Source of the DNA: Azolla caroliniana
Taxonomy: Eukaryota; Plantae; Polypodiophyta
Direction: 5' to 3'
Assembly: GCA_043228905.1 (NCBI GenBank)
Contig: JBHGNT010000008.1
Coordinates: 12,152,001 to 12,216,000 of the forward strand
Length of the DNA stretch: 64,000 nt
A program made the position numbers and the translations under genes. Shown here piece by piece: positions 39,219-51,551 of this stretch. Position 1 is the stretch's first letter; each line of letters begins with the position of its first letter. The notes under the pieces are model-generated. The model did not search any database. It was given only the letters and a program-made list of their open reading frames with translations, and was not told where the DNA came from.

Positions 39219-40839
39219 TATGGACAGAGGTATGGGAAGCTCGCTACCAACTGAATAGCTCAACACGAGCAGGTACTAGTGCATCTTGGTCGTACAAGAT
39301 GCACTAGTACCTTCTCGGTCACGGCCACTGGAGTTATGTCGAAGGAGCTAATGATGTAGCACCCGATTAGATACACAGAGACTTTTCGAGTTGGGAACAA
39401 GCGGCAAGCAGATTTCTCTACTGCTTTGCATCCTGTGTGAGAGACCAACTATTGAGCTATATTCGGGATGCTAAGATGCCAAAGGACGCGTTGACAAATC
39501 TCAAAAAGATATTTGCCGCAAGCACAACAGCCAGGAAGCTGTAGCTCAGGCAGGAGCTCAGCAATGTCCGGCAGAAAGATCTGCCTGTGCCTGATTACAC
39601 GGCCCGAATTAAGGAAATTTGTGATTCTCTCTCCTCCGTCAATGTGAACGTTGAGGAAGATGAAATGGTGCAGGTTTGCCTTGATGGGCTAGCATCTAGG
39701 TTCAGAGCCTTCTGAACGGCGGTCTGTACGAGGGAGAATATGCCTTCGTTCTTCGAGCTTCAGTCAATGTTGCACGTGGAGGAAAACCACGCGGGTGCGT
39801 CAACGAGTACACATGTCGACAGCAAGATGTTGTACATGGAAGAAGATAGGCCCCGTGGTCGTGGTGGACGAGGCGGGTCGGCGCGCAATGGAGGCGGCCA
39901 ACAAGAGCAGAACAAGCGGCATAATCGAAATGCCGATAGCAATACTGGACCCTCCACAAGCAGGGGGAGTCATGGCGGCGTCGGAAGCCAGCAAGAGAAG
40001 GCCGCGTCGGAATGTTGGTACTATGGCAAGAAAGGCCACAAGGAGAGCGAGTGCTGGAAAAAGAGAGCTGATTCGGGCAAAGCCGGATCGAGCCAAAGAG
40101 ACGCAGAGAGGCGTTAGATATCGCACTACATAGAAGGCTTTGAATGAGTCGGAAACAAATCGGGCCCAGCCTTCGTAATGAAGCATAAGGCCAATTCTAT
40201 GGCCGTGAACACCTAGAAATCAAGCGAGGTGTGGTATGTTGATTCCGGAGAGTCAAATCATATGATGAGTCATGAGGAATGGTTCTCATACTTGGAGAAA
40301 CCGGAATCTCAAGGAGTGGTCGAAACGGGAGACGACACTTCGCATACCATCGAACATGTCAGCGAAGTTCCCCTCAGCTACGTCGGGTAGAAAGGGAAAC
40401 TCATGAACATGCTGCACGTCCCGACAATAATGAAGAACCTGGTGTCGGTTGACCAGAGAATGCAGGTTCAATTCATGCATCTTGGCTGCTTCAGAGAAGA
40501 AGAAGGCAGAGTAATCGCGCAAGGGCGTCGTGAAGGGAGGATGTTTATCCTCGACACTAATCAAGCCAGAACCGCGTTGTATGCGAAAGGACAAAAGGTC
40601 GAATCGGATATCGACATGTGGCACAAGTGGTTCGGCCACGTAAATTTCGCACGGCTTCATGAGATGCAAACGAAGAACATTGTTTTCGGCGTGCCAAAAT
40701 TCCGGGGCCGTAATGGCCAAGTCTGCGAAGACTGTCAAATGGGAAAACAACACCAACTTCCATTCCCCAATGAGCGTAATCATAGTCGAAGTCCACTGGA
40801 TTTGGTCCATTCGGATGTGTGGAGACCGACACAAAACGT
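39219..40839 (+). pseudogene. Copia B gag, PR and start of integrase
   Basis: CWYYGKKGHKESEC; WYVDSGESNH; CEDCQMGK; LVHSDVW. Confidence 0.88.
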
Positions 40840-41602
40840 TGTCGTGCCTTTCGGCTCCGGATCGTTGCGTGAGTCGGGCGGGAACCATTGAGGTTTTGGA
40901 CTAGGAAAAAATAAAATTCTAAGGCAATGAAGAATATGAAATATGTTGTAAGAAAGAAAGATATGAAAAACTCGTTAATCCCACGAGTATAGTGTATTAG
41001 TGAGTACTCAGATTAAGAGAGAAAAATAGTTAGCAAATTCGTGAATCCCACAATTATATTATATTAATCCACCCTTGTAAAATAAACAACAACCACTATA
41101 CATCTTTCTCTCTCCCTTATATAGTGTTGGAAGAGTCTAAGTTTATCACATGCAAGCATCATGCTTTTCCTAACTTTAGTTTTCATGCACACTGCATGTG
41201 CATGATTAGTTTTCCTAACTTTAGTTTTCATGCACACTGCATGTGCATGATTAGCTTTCTATCCCATCTTTTTCTTTTTTTAACTCGAGTGTGTATGCAT
41301 GAATAACTTTTTGTACCATGCATATCTAGAATATTTACATGGGATAAAGTTTAGTATAACTCTAAAATTCATAATATGCTAGTATAGTGGTAAGGCTGGG
41401 GTTTGTCTACGTGGAGGTACAGGGTTCGAACCCTGCCCTATTCATGTAATAAATATTTTTCATATTTTATTTTATTTATTATACGTACTTTAAATTGGAT
41501 ATAGTATTTTACATATTTCACATAGTGTGTGATTCACACTACGACACTCGCCCCCTCCGAACCCGCACATCCTCCGGTATGTGCCGAAGTCCCCGATGCT
41601 TG

Positions 41603-42247
41603 CTATTCACCTTCATCCGAAGCTTCCTCCGATTCTCCCCTTAAGTCGACTATGACTTGTAATCCACTTTCTTTGCTTTCCGCATCACCGCAATCTTCGT
41701 CTGATTGCTCCTTCTTGTCGGTCTTGTCTAGGATCACATAGGGTTCTTCATCAGTCTGCTTTTGGAAAATCTTCACCCGTTTCACAGCTATAGGCACTCG
41801 TAGCATCGTTCCATCCAACTCGCATAGTCGGTAAGTTCCGTTGTGGAAAAATTTCCGAACCTCATATGGCCCGAACCACCTTTTCGCGAACTTCCGCACC
41901 GTTGTATGTTGATGATCCAAACTACTGTCGTAGACAATCACTTAATCTCCTTCTTCAATCTTCCGTGGTTGTAGTCGGTGTTTTGTGTCGAACCGGCTTT
42001 TATTCCGGAATCGCGCTTCTTGTTGTCGGCGTATTGCTTTCGCTATGTCTTCCGGTTTTCCCTCTAGTTATCGTATCCGGACCGCTAGTAGTTCTCCCCG
42101 GCTTATCTCTTCCTTCCACGGTAGCACTGTCCATGTCGCGATCGCGGTTTCCGTTGGCATTACCGGTGCTTGTCCAGTCATCAGTTTTGCCAGCATGTAA
42201 CTGGTTACGGAGCTATGGGTCGTCCAATCCGCCCATAGTGCATACGG
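41603..42247 (-). pseudogene. Gypsy integrase C-terminal part (GPY motif)
   Basis: RKFAKRWFGPYEV...NGTYRL...RVKIF. Confidence 0.85.
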
Positions 42248-42922
42248 TGTCGTGCCTTTCGGCTCCGGATCGTTTGCGTGAGTCGGGTGGGAACCACCGG
42301 GGTTTTGGACTAGGAGGAAGAAAAATACAAATAAGGCTAGTAAAGAATAGGTATAAAGAGTTATAAGATAAGAATCTCGTGAATCCCACGAGTTTAGTAT
42401 ATTTAGTCAATATTTAGGTAGTAAGAGAGAATTATTTTAGCAAATTCGTGAATCCCACGAATATTTTAGATTGATTGATCATTATAGAAAAATAATCAAC
42501 AAAAACTACAATGTGCTCCCCATCCTTATATAGTGATGGGAGAGACTAAGCATAGCTACATGCTTTTTCTAATATGTTCATGCACACTAAATGTGCATGT
42601 GATGCTTTTCTAATCCTTGCTTTTATTTGCTAAATATAGTGCTCATGCACGCTAGATGTGCATGAGTCACTTTTTTGTTGCTTGCGTTTTTCTATAAAAT
42701 ATTCACGCACTCTAAAATATGCACGATTTACCTTTTAATAAAGTTAGGCGCAAATAAAGCACTTATAGTTATTAAATCTATTTATAGAACACTAAAGATA
42801 AGGTAGCATAATGGTAAAGTTGAGGTTTGGCTACGTGGAGGTACAAGGTTCGAATCTTGCCCTATGCATGTGATAAATATCTTGATATTCTTATTTTATT
42901 TATTTATATGTAATTAAATCGG

Positions 42923-44998
42923 TTATATTATTTTTACTTTTTCACGTAGTGTACGAAATACACTACGACACTCGCCCCCTCCGAACCCGCACATCCTCCG
43001 GTATGTGCCGAAGTTGCCGATGCTCGTTGTCTCCCCTTCATCCTCCGTTTGTCCCGCTATGTCAACTTTGTCTCTCCATTTTGAGTAGACCCATTCTTTC
43101 CACCCGAACCATTGTCGCCATCCGATCCACCATATTCTTTGTTCTCTCTCGTCATATTCTTGGCCCTTGTCATTCGTGGTAGTGTCTTTTACTGGCCTCT
43201 TTCTTGTCTTCATCAACCTTGACTTTTTTCCGGATCGCTCTCGTCCGATCGACTTTCGGTTTGATCGGCTTCCAATCGGATTCGTATTCAGCCGAATCGG
43301 AATCGGTTGTTCGGTTTTGATTGAGCCGGTCTCCTTCCGCCCCGGTTTCGATCTATCGGTTTCGGTTTCGGTTGGCTTTCTTTTCCTCGTTTTCACCAGC
43401 CTCGACCGGTCCAACCTCCGGTTGAGTCGGATTAGCTTCTTTCCGGATCGGTCTCGTCCGATTGGCTTTCGGCTAGGTCGGCTTCCATCCATATTCGCGT
43501 TCGGCCAAGTAAGACTCGGTCGATCGGTTTTGACCGATTCGACCCCTTTTCGGGTCGGCTTTCTTTCGGGTCGTCTTTCGGCCGAATCCTCATTCGCCCG
43601 GTTCGGCTTTCGTTTGTGTCGTCTTTCGGCCGAATTCTCTTCCTTTCGGTTCGGCTTTCTTTCGGGTCGACTTTTGGTCGAATCCTCTTTTACCCGGTTC
43701 GGCTTTCTTTCGGATCGGAATCCCGTCCGGATCACCTTCCATCCAAACTGGCTTCCGACTTTACCTTCCTTGCCGCCACCTCCCGTCTCTCCGGTCTCAC
43801 GTTGCTTCTCAGACACAACCGCCGAAGTCTCTAGGATTAGTGGGTAGGAATCCTCGGTATTATCATCCTCCATTGTTTCACCCATAGCCATATTCTCGGC
43901 TATCTCTCCGTCATACACATCGACTTCGACCTTTGTTTTCTCTCCGCCACCTTCCGTCTCTTCGGTCTCACGTTGCCTTTCGAACGCAACCGCCGGAGTC
44001 TCTGGAATTAGTGGTGGGGAAGTCTCAATATGGCCATCCGTCGTTGATTCGTCCATAGCCACCTTCAATTCGATGTCATCTTTCGTGGTGACCTCCTCAA
44101 TCAAGTCCTCCTTGCTCTCTTTCACTGCATCAATTATGCAAACATCAATTATGCTTACCCCTTTTTCACCCGAAGTTTCAGACACTTGTATTCCGAAATC
44201 TTCTTCTACACTTGGGTTATCGGCCTTATCCTTTGTCGTTGTTCTTTCGCAAGACAAGAGGGTAGCTTGTTTTACACCCTCTTTCGTCGCACCATCATGT
44301 TGTATTTCGGCCTTCATATCGGCTCCATCGTTTGTCTTCAATCGACCATCCTTCATCGGCCATGTTGTTGACAAGATTCTCATCTTCCTCTCATCATGTC
44401 TCCGGCATACCCTTTGGACTTCGGCCCAATTTTCGGTAAGACCATTCGTACCGTCATCGTCTTCGAGTTCGATCCCGATGTCCATCCTTTCTTTTCGATC
44501 GATCGATTTTACGAACATTAGGACTTTATCCTCTCCCACCAATCGTTGTTCCCGCTCCGAGAGTCGAGCAAAACGATGCTCGAACTCTAGGAATGCTTGT
44601 GTTGCACTTCGGTGGGTCTTCTCCGATGCCACCCATTCGTCGAATTTTCGCCGATCTTGTCCCTTTGATCTCTTGTAATCATATGCCTCTCGTAAAGCTT
44701 CTTCGAATGACCCCCATGTCGAGTTTTGTTGCCGTATCTTGTGGATTCTCTCTTGTAGCTCATCCGTGGCCACCCGATTGAAGGATGTCACTTGCAATCC
44801 TTCCGGTATCCCACATCGTATCATCTCCGCCTTGTAGTCACGTAGATAGCGTGACACATCGTTTCCGTTGAATTGTCCGTTTCGTTGTACGAGCCGCTTT
44901 ACTGCCCCCGTGATCTCCGACATCACTCGTTGTTCTTGTAGCATCCGCTCGAACATCATCATCATCGTTATGCTCATTGCCTCTTGTTGATTCTCCAT
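42923..44998 (-). CDS. Intact Gag-like protein, 691 aa from the first ATG after the PBS
   Basis: N-terminus (GQFNGNDVSRYL...WGSFEEAL...FVKSID...LTENW) is homologous to the host Gypsy gag pieces. It is followed by an acidic region, basic RKPNR-type repeats and a Trp-rich tail; the stop lies in the 3' LTR. Confidence 0.85.
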   Translation of the reverse strand: MENQQEAMSITMMMMFERMLQEQRVMSEITGAVKRLVQRNGQFNGNDVSRYLRDYKAEMIRCGIPEGLQVTSFNRVATDELQERIHKIRQQNSTWGSFEEALREAYDYKRSKGQDRRKFDEWVASEKTHRSATQAFLEFEHRFARLSEREQRLVGEDKVLMFVKSIDRKERMDIGIELEDDDGTNGLTENWAEVQRVCRRHDERKMRILSTTWPMKDGRLKTNDGADMKAEIQHDGATKEGVKQATLLSCERTTTKDKADNPSVEEDFGIQVSETSGEKGVSIIDVCIIDAVKESKEDLIEEVTTKDDIELKVAMDESTTDGHIETSPPLIPETPAVAFERQRETEETEGGGEKTKVEVDVYDGEIAENMAMGETMEDDNTEDSYPLILETSAVVSEKQRETGETGGGGKEGKVGSQFGWKVIRTGFRSERKPNRVKEDSTKSRPERKPNRKEENSAERRHKRKPNRANEDSAERRPERKPTRKGVESVKTDRPSLTWPNANMDGSRPSRKPIGRDRSGKKLIRLNRRLDRSRLVKTRKRKPTETETDRSKPGRKETGSIKTEQPIPIRLNTNPIGSRSNRKSIGRERSGKKSRLMKTRKRPVKDTTTNDKGQEYDEREQRIWWIGWRQWFGWKEWVYSKWRDKVDIAGQTEDEGETTSIGNFGTYRRMCGFGGGECRSVFRTLREKVKII

Positions 44999-45014
44999 CT
45001 CCTTGCCACCCGCC

Positions 45015-45032
45015 TTCACGTCGGGTTCACCA
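45015..45032 (-). promoter_or_regulatory. Primer-binding site complementary to the 3' end of tRNA-Trp
   Basis: TGGTGAACCCGACGTGAA, 4 nt inside the 5' LTR; matches the plant cytosolic tRNA-Trp 3' end as recalled (...TTCACGTCGGGTTCA-CCA). Confidence 0.85.
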
Positions 45033-45795
45033 ACTGTGTCGTGCCTTTCGGCTCCGGATCGTTTGCGTGAGTCGGGTGGGAACCACCGGGGTTTTGGACT
45101 AGGAGGAAGAAAAATACAAATAAGGCTAGTAAAGAATAGGTATAAAGAGTTATAAGATAAGAATCTCGTGAATCCCACGAGTTTAGTATATTTAGTCAAT
45201 ATTTAGGTAGTAAGAGAGAATTATTTTAGCAAATTCGTGAATCCCACGAATATTTTAGATTGATTGATCATTATAGAAAAATAATCAACAAAAACTACAA
45301 TGTGCTCCCCATCCTTATATAGTGATGGGAGAGACTAAGCATAGCTACATGCTTTTTCTAATATGTTCATGCACACTAAATGTGCATGTGATGCTTTTCT
45401 AATCCTTGCTTTTATTTGCTAAATATAGTGCTCATGCACGCTAGATGTGCATGAGTCACTTTTTTGTTGCTTGCGTTTTTCTATAAAATATTCACGCACT
45501 CTAAAATATGCACGATTTACCTTTTAATAAAGTTAGGCGCAAATAAAGCACTTATAGTTATTAAATCTATTTATAGAACACTAAAGATAAGGTAGCATAA
45601 TGATAAAGTTGAGGTTTGGCTACGTGGAGGTACAAGGTTCGAATCTTGCCCTATGCACATGATAAATATCTTGATATTCTTATTTTATTTATTTATATGT
45701 AATTAAATCGGTTATATTATTTTTACTTTTTCACGTAGTGTACGAAATACACTACGACAACGGAAGCATCTGCAGCCAATCCTTCACCCTTCCGT

Positions 45796-46607
45796 TGTCG
45801 TGCCTTTCGGCTCCGGATCGTTGCGTGAGTCGGGTGGGAACCACAGAGGTCTTGGACTAGGAGAAAGAAGTTCGTGAGATAGAGATTAATTATGAGTAAA
45901 TAGCAAAGAGAAAGATAAGAAACTCGTGAATCACACGAGTATACTATATTAATTGGTACTTAGGGTGTTAAGAGAGAAGTAGATGTATAAATCGTGAATC
46001 CCACGAATAATTTTTTTTTTATTGATTCATACTTAATCCAAATAATCAACAACCCTTTATATATTTCTCTCCTCCTTATATAAGGAAGGAAGAGCTAAGC
46101 ATGGCTTCATGCTTTTTTTTTTTTTACAAAAAGTGTTCATGTCCACTAAATGTGCATGTGATGCTTTTTTATTTCCTAAGTATAGGGCTCATGCACGCTA
46201 GATGTGCATGAGTTATTTTTAGTGTCTCGTGTTTTCTTTTTCATATATTAAAAAAATACACGATTTACCTTTTAATAAAGGTATGCATAAATAAAGGTCT
46301 TATACGTATTAAATCTATATTTAAAACACTTAAGATAAGTTAATGTAATGGTAAGGTTGGGGTTTGTCAATGTGGAGGTGCAGAGTTCGAATCACGCCCT
46401 GCGCAATAGTGAGTATTTCCTTTTTTTTTACATTTATGTCTCTTTATCCGGCTCTTCCTTGCCGGTATGCCGTTTTCTTCCTTGCCGGTATGCCGTTTTC
46501 CTCCTTGCCGGTATGCCGTTTTCTTCCGGTTCTCACCGAGCACTCCATTCTCTATCCGGAGGGACAAAAATATAATTTCCACATAGTGTGCAACCTACAC
46601 TACGACA
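45796..46607 (-). mobile_element. Solo LTR of the same Gypsy lineage, in the host integrase
   Basis: TGTCGTG...CTACGACA ends; TSD CCGT; internal ~22-bp repeat CCTTGCCGGTATGCCGTTTTC x3 at ~46455-46525. Confidence 0.92.
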
Positions 46608-46611
46608 CCGT

Positions 46612-49600
46612 CGCATGCTTTTGCAAGTGCTTTGAGGATCGGACTATATCCTCATTCGATTTTCCCGTTGGCCTCCGGATTGTATGCCGTTGTTAGTGTT
46701 ACCCGAACTCCATGTTTGGTGAAGAATTCCTTAGCTTTATCAGAGTCGAGTTCTCCCAGATCTGCAATCACTTGTCCTATGCACCCGTACCTGCAAAACA
46801 CCTACTCCAAAAGAAATTGGCATACCGCAGAACACGTTTTCCTTCGTAGAGCCTGACCTTCTACTTGGTTTGTGAGATCTTCCCGAGCTAACACCAAGTA
46901 CTTCTTTTGTCCGATCCCAGTTGGCATGGCTACAATGTCGACCATCCATTTGAAGTTGATTGTCGGTGAGAATGTCGAATGTAACTCATCTAGGTGTCGA
47001 ACTCCGGAGTAGATTTGACACTTCTTGTAGCTTTCCGTGAACTCCGCTATATCTTTGTACATATTCTTCCACCAATATTTTTGTTTGATTTTCACAAAAT
47101 TTGCCCATGTCCCTCGATGTCCAGCCCAATCAGATTCATGAAACTCGGACATTATTCGGTTTTGTTGCTCTTTCATCCTGACTACCTGAAGTGGTATGCC
47201 CTCCGGTCTTTTCGGCTCCCTCCATATTAATCCGTTTTTCAAGAAGAACTTTTGGACTTGCCTCTTCTTCCTTTGGATCTCGGCTCTCTTCTCTTTATCG
47301 TCCGGTGATTCCTCAATCTCTTGTAGCACCTTCCCGATCATCAAGCTTTCTCCTTCGTATTCTTCTTCTCGGAATTCTCGGATTACGTTTACTCGGCATA
47401 TGTGCTCCGAAGCAAGTAGTCTTCAGAAACTTCTTCATTATCGGATTCGGCTATGTCGTCTCCGAACCAAGCCATTGATAGCATATCCGCTACCTCATTG
47501 TCTTTTCCGGAGATGTGTCATACCTTCGGATTAAGTGACTTAACATATGCAATCCATCTTAGCATAGCCACATCCGGTATCGTGCAACACCGCATCATCA
47601 TGAGTATCAGAAGACAATCTATTTCGATCACTACTTCGGCTCCGATCAAATAATATCGATCTGATTTGATTGCCTACACGACTCCCCATAATTCTCTTTT
47701 GACTTGTGCATATCCATGTTGCCTTTTGTTGAGAACCTTACTCCGAATCGGATCGGATATCGGAAACCATCTGAGTCAGCTTGATTAATGACCCATCCAA
47801 TCCCGGTTGGGCTTGTATCAACCGTTACTATAACCAGTCGGTCATAGTTTGGCTTCTTTAGTGCTTTTGCCCTCCGTAGTGATTTCTTGAGCTTCTTCAC
47901 GGGTTTGGTATGCTCTGGTTTCCATTCAAACTTCTTCCCCTTCCACAACAAGTGATAGAGTGGGTCCGTTATGTGTGCATAGTGCGGAATCCATATATGG
48001 TAAAATGCACATGCCCCAAGAAATCTACGGACTTCGGATTGCGACTCGCATATCTCTTTCATAGCATGTATCGCATCGACCTTGGTTGGTGACGATCTTC
48101 GGCCGTAGGGCCCACATAGATGTCCGACTACCAATATCTCTTCTTGTCCGAATGCTGATTTCTCTCCGAAAAGTGTCAGGTGCACATCTTCTAACTTTCG
48201 TAGCACTTTCTCGCAATCACGAATATGGTTGACTACGAACTGTCAGCATCCCTGATCATCCATAGTCTCGTCTTTTTCTTCCACCGCGCATCCTTTTATC
48301 GGAATGTCATCTAGGAACGGCATCGTTATCTCCGGAATGCAGTCCCTGAGCACCTTGTTCATTGCATTCATCATATGTGCGACCGAGTTCATCGCGCCTT
48401 GTGGTAGCGTACACATCCGGACTAATCCTATCGGTGTCTGCATGGTAGTGATGTCTCGGCTCTCCACAGCTAGTTGGAATTGGTCATACCCCGAGTATAG
48501 GTCTCCGATGGAGTATATCGCATGACTGGCAAATGCTTCCAAAAATTCGTCCACTATCGAACCGACTCTGGAGTTCCGGATCATGACCTTGTTCACCGGT
48601 TGCAAGTCTTGGATAAATCGGAGTGACTCATTCTTCTTCGGAACTGTAAACCATCGATTTGAGTACAGAGCATTTGATGGCTCTAGAATCCCCATCGCTA
48701 CCTTCTCCTTGAGCAAGTCGATGATTTTCGGAATATGCGCCCGTGGCACTAGAATTGGCTTTAGGTTCCACGGCACATGGTCAATCGTGAAGATCACCAT
48801 CGGCTCCACTATCTTCGGGTCACCGCGTCCTATTTCTTTCGATGTAAATGCAAATGCTCTCCCATGTCACTCTAGCATCCCACAGAATCGTTCTTCTTCA
48901 TTGTTTAATAGGAACCCACCTCCACCGATCTAAAGTTTCTTCCGGGGGTCTCATCCATGAAGGCATGTCCGATATCCATGGACTTCCGAAGTGTCGGATC
49001 CCTCGAGACTTCTTTCCTCTTTTGTTCGCTATCAGCGGGTAACGGTCCCCCGACCGGTTTCACTTTCTTCTCCACGGTCTTGTATTTCGTACTTACCATT
49101 GCTTCTTCTTTGTGGAGTGCATCCGGCCCCATTTTCACAATGATCTCGTACATCTCGACCGATTCCACCGGGACTACCCGGCCTCCCTGGCTTGTATCTT
49201 CCGCGAGCTCTTCAAGCCGTTGTACTGTGCTCCCATAGAACACTTCTTCGACTATTCCCACGATTTCTTCATCTTCTTTATTATTGATGCCGACCGTAAT
49301 TTATCCTCCACTTTTCGGCATTCTTTCTTCATTCCTCCGGTTACGTCCATGTACATAGATGCCCCATCCGGACTAATTCGTACTTGTTTTGCTCAAGAGT
49401 TTTCTTCCTATGTGGGGAATGAGGGCTTCTCGGACTATCACTTCCCCACTCCGCAACAATCCGCTCTAAAAATCCATCCTTGTTTGGGACAAGAGCTCTC
49501 TCTTGTTCCTTTCATGATTTGCTAGCACAGTTAGGAATTGGACGGATTTCCCTCCGCTTTGGCTCTGAATTCATGCGAAAGCCGCACCGCTATCGAGCAC

Positions 49601-51288
49601 CTTTGTCTCCATCCGTGAAGCTGTGATAAAGGGTTGCCCGAGGATCACGGAGTGGGAGACCTCGTCTTGTACGAAGAAATTTTGGTCGATCTCGACATCC
49701 CCGAACTTCACTGTCACATCCGGACAAGCCGCAAATAGATCTTTCGTTGCTTTAGTGGCCGCCCAGATCTTCCATCCATAATTGGTGTTAATAGGCCACT
49801 TCCCCTTCCGGTAGAAATCCTTAGACATCAAATTGATCTCTGATCCGTGATCAATCATTGCTAACACGAGCTCTTTGATGTTGCCAATTCGGACCGGAGT
49901 CTCCGTAGTTGCACATGCCCAGTGTGGCTTTGTATAGTGGGAATTCGGAATCTCGTCCTCCACTTCGGTGTCGTTCATCAGAACGGTATTTGCATTCACC
50001 ATTGGCGCATTTTCCTCCGTACTTTGTCTTTTTCTCTTCATGAGATCCACAAGAAGATCGTGGAACTTCTTCTTCACTATTCTAAGTAATTCCCGAAGCG
50101 AAAATTCTACCCGGCTATCGAGGATTCTCTCTTCGAACACCTTTTTCAAGTCCGTTTGTTGTTCGATGTTCAAGGCGAGCTTGAATGCCGGAATCTTCTT
50201 TTCTTTTCCCTTCCCTCCAGAGTTCCAACTTTCCGGTGTCTTTGATGGTCCGGCCGCATCATCCGTGCGCCGTTGTTTTTCATCCACATACACTTCATGC
50301 AATTGACATAGTGCATGTACGCTATTCTTATCTATGGGGCACTCCCATCACGTAGCTTCCTGGATACATTCCGCGGCGCATCGGATTTCATCATGGTCAG
50401 CTTTCTTCAAAATTTCTAACACTTCCGGCCAAAAAGACGCCTTTGCTGCAGATGACTCCCCCACACGTATTCCCGCGGTTGTCACATAATTGTTTTTTGC
50501 CGCGATCTCCTCCTCTAGGACCTTCTTCATGCCACCTTTCCGGAAGTTCGGTCGGAGTGGCTTCCGAGAATCCATCGAATGAATCTGATTTCCCTCGTAG
50601 TAGATAAGATCCCGTCATAGCGCCTCCTTGTGCTCGTCGCAATCTCTCCGATCATGTTCGGTGCTATCGCACCATATGGATCGACGGTCCATATACATGG
50701 AACTTGTGGGATGGACTTCCGTCTTCTTCACCATTGCGATTTTGAAATTCTCCATCTCCTTCAGCAATTGCTCCACCGTGGTTGCGTCGATTCCCTTCTC
50801 GGTCGTAGTCACCCGAGCCCGCAGTTCATGGTCTTCCGATCCGGATCTTGGTTTCAGAATCAGTTCCGAAACCCTCTTGTCTTCGTTGGCAAGCCATTGC
50901 CCCCTCTTTGTGTATCGCGCGGCGATATCCCGCACGCTTTCCCATGTTTCGGTGAGGCCACTCTCGGTAGTTGTGTCCTCTAGAAGGACTCCAATATCCT
51001 TTCGGTCTCGGATGTCTACAGCTCGTAAGAACATGATAACTTTGTCCGATGCGAGGATAGCTTGATCTCTCGCAGACAAACTCCCGAACCGACTTTCGAA
51101 TGACGAAAACACATCGAGGACCTTCATCCCCTTGTCCGGCGTTTCCACCCAATCCTCGAATCCTCTCCGCATTGCCTTGGAGGAGTCCTCGATAGCGAAT
51201 GTGGTCTTTAGCGCCTCTTCAAACGTTTCCCACATCGGATTTTGTTGTCGTAGCCCGTGGATACTTGCTTAAAGCCCGTCGGTAGCCA
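46612..51288 (-). pseudogene. Gypsy gag (3' part), PR, RT, RNase H and integrase pseudogene
   Basis: AMIDHGSEINLM (PR); DLYSGYDQF, LPQG and FLDDI (RT); VTVDTSPTGIG (RH); HESDWAGHRG...YWW...CQ (INT). Confidence 0.92.
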
Positions 51289-51498
51289 TGTTGTAGGTTT
51301 TTAGGGTTAGGGTTAATGGTAATGATGATTGGTGATGGAGATGGTGTGTTTAATGAGGATGATGAGCGTTATGGGATCGATGGTGAGAGAGACGACAAGC
51401 ATTGAGAAGCATTGTGGGGTGGGGGGTGGTGCCTAGAATGGCTCCACCCCCCTCCCCAAGGGGTTCAACGTTGAGGGAGAGAGATAGGAAGAGAGGTG

Positions 51499-51551
<53 letters not shown>

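Larger units (their letters stand above)
42248..45759 (-). mobile_element. Young gag-only (TR-GAG-like) LTR element, 3512 bp
   Basis: 723-bp LTRs at 42248-42970 and 45037-45759 (~3 differences by eye); TSD ACGG; Trp PBS; same PPT as the host; no pol. Confidence 0.93.

Noticed and set aside
41378-41440. Genuine tRNA genes in the LTRs
   Set aside because: No convincing acceptor or anticodon stem, and the T-loop pairs best as 6 nt; reported only as A/B-box modules.
44999-45199. N-terminal 67 aa of the listed 758-aa ORF
   Set aside because: Starts at TTG inside the LTR and crosses the PBS; homology with the host gag begins at the ATG at 44998.
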